From assembly GCA_963796055.1 (NCBI GenBank), contig CAWCKH010000004.1, positions 3,072,001 to 3,136,000 on the forward strand: 64,000 bases of DNA, read 5' to 3'. The notes under the pieces are model-generated. The model had not been told where the DNA came from, did no database searches, and saw only the letters and a program-made list of their open reading frames with translations. This DNA is from an uncultured delta proteobacterium. GTDB lineage: Bacteria > Myxococcota > Myxococcia > Myxococcales > Myxococcaceae. The position numbers were made by a program, and so were the translations under genes. Positions 62,660 to 64,000 of this stretch are shown one piece after another. Position 1 is the first letter of the stretch. The number at the start of each line of letters is the position of its first letter.

Positions 62660-62796
62660 GGGTCGTTCGAACGCTCGTCCCGGGCGGGCCTACCGCGGCG
62701 AGGTCCTCTGCCCGGGACGGTCCGAGGGCTCGCCTCGGGAGGAGGAGCTTCCGCCACGCGCGTGACGGAACGGGACGTGGACCTGTGACGTCTCGG

Positions 62797-63420
62797 TCAG
62801 ACGCCGGTGACGAACCAGCGCCCCAGGCCCACGGTGAACAGCAGGCACCCGTAGGCAGCGTGCTCCACCGCGGTGGCGACCAAGGAGCGGGTGCGCAGGT
62901 ACGTGCGGGCGAACAGCCATCCACCGAGCAAGGTGAGCACCACCGCCAGGCCGTTGAGCAGCACCACGTGCGCCCAGGAGAACGCCAGCGCGCTGGCCGC
63001 CGTCGCCACCCACGGGCCACCGAAGAGGCGGCCGTAACGGTGGAAGAAGAAGGTGCGGAACACCAGCTCCTGGGGGACGACGGAGAGCGTGGGGTAGAGC
63101 ACCATCACCAGCAGCCAGCGCCAGGGCGCATCGCGCGGCAGGTCGAAGAGGTGCCGGGGCTCGAGCAGGTACAGGCCCACGGCGAGCAGGGTGCACACCC
63201 CGAGCGCCAGCGCGAGCGGGCCTCGCAGCCAGGTCCAGAGCTGCTCCCGCCGCCAGAGCTGGTCCCGCTGGAAGGTGGGGTCACGCCAGAGCACCACCAG
63301 GCAGACCCAGGCGGTCACGAAGAGGAAGGGGAGTGACAGCCCGCGGGCCCAGCCCGCGAGCGCGGCGGGAACCGCGCCGAAGAGCGTCACCAGCTCGATC
63401 CACCTCACTGCGTGCTTCAC
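62797..63420 (-). CDS. CPBP family intramembrane protease
   Basis: PQELVFR, FSWAH, EHAAYG. Confidence 0.85.
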   Translation of the reverse strand: MKHAVRWIELVTLFGAVPAALAGWARGLSLPFLFVTAWVCLVVLWRDPTFQRDQLWRREQLWTWLRGPLALALGVCTLLAVGLYLLEPRHLFDLPRDAPWRWLLVMVLYPTLSVVPQELVFRTFFFHRYGRLFGGPWVATAASALAFSWAHVVLLNGLAVVLTLLGGWLFARTYLRTRSLVATAVEHAAYGCLLFTVGLGRWFVTGV

Positions 63421-63535
63421 CACACCCCCGGCTCGACCTGCACCACGAGTCTGCCAGAATGTGGCGGCCGTGTGACGGCGGCAAGCGTCGAATGCCGAAC
63501 CCTCGGACTTCCTGGAAGGCCTACCCTCGCCCGCG

Positions 63536-64000
63536 ATGATGCTTCCCCTGGCCCTGGTCCTCGTCACCACCGCCTCCGCTCCGCAGGACGAGGCCCGGCT
63601 GGAGGATGGCTACGCGCTCACGCTCAGCGGAGGGGTGAGCCTCGGAAGCTACGAGGCCGGGCTGAACTGGACGCTGGTGCGCCTGTTCCGCGCCCGGATG
63701 GGGGAGATGCTGCTGCGGCGCCGGCCACAGCTGGTGGGGGTCACCGGCGCGTCGGCCGGAAGCATCAACGCCCTGCTGGTTGCCGCCCTGTACTGCGAGA
63801 CCGATGAGTCCGCCGCCCGCTCCAGCGTCGACGACAACCTCCTGAGGAGCGCGTGGCTGCACGTCGGGCTGGACTCGCTCCTCCCCGAGGACCCGCGCGC
63901 CTACAGGCCCGACGACGCGGTGCTGGCCTCGGCCGCGCTCGAGCCGGTGGTGGTCGAGGTCCGAAACGCGCTCTTCGACGGGGGGATGAAGTTCCGCCCG
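63536..64000 (+). CDS. Patatin-like phospholipase (runs off the window end)
   Basis: LSGGVSLGSYEAG, GASAGSIN; signal peptide. Confidence 0.88.
   Translation, partial: MMLPLALVLVTTASAPQDEARLEDGYALTLSGGVSLGSYEAGLNWTLVRLFRARMGEMLLRRRPQLVGVTGASAGSINALLVAALYCETDESAARSSVDDNLLRSAWLHVGLDSLLPEDPRAYRPDDAVLASAALEPVVVEVRNALFDGGMKFRP

Overview
GC-rich chromosomal segment of a myxobacterium (Myxococcales-like). The taxonomic call rests on gene content: myxosortase-type CPBP protease, several Ser/Thr kinases, DUF4388 and MshEN proteins. Bases 1-47051 are mostly core genes (speA, bcp, Hsp70/J-domain pair, polX, moaB, aceK, mtnA, holB/holA, ECF/anti-sigma, metG, tatD, gap-pgk-tpiA-secG, tRNA-Leu). After tRNA-Leu(GAG) comes a decayed accessory island (~47052-55860) with an integrase remnant and several gene fragments. 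Two systems stand out. (1) An array of 11 structurally atypical tRNA genes (48474-49461), preceded by a 56-aa leader ORF and overlapping antiterminator/terminator hairpins, i.e. a candidate translation-sensing, attenuator-controlled tRNA operon. (2) Two diverged copies (19813-20923 and 51813-52905) of a two-gene cassette encoding a signal-peptide-bearing Hcp (T6SS tube fold) and a dedicated lipoprotein, with no other T6SS genes in the window. All calls come from reading the sequence by eye; no database searches were run.
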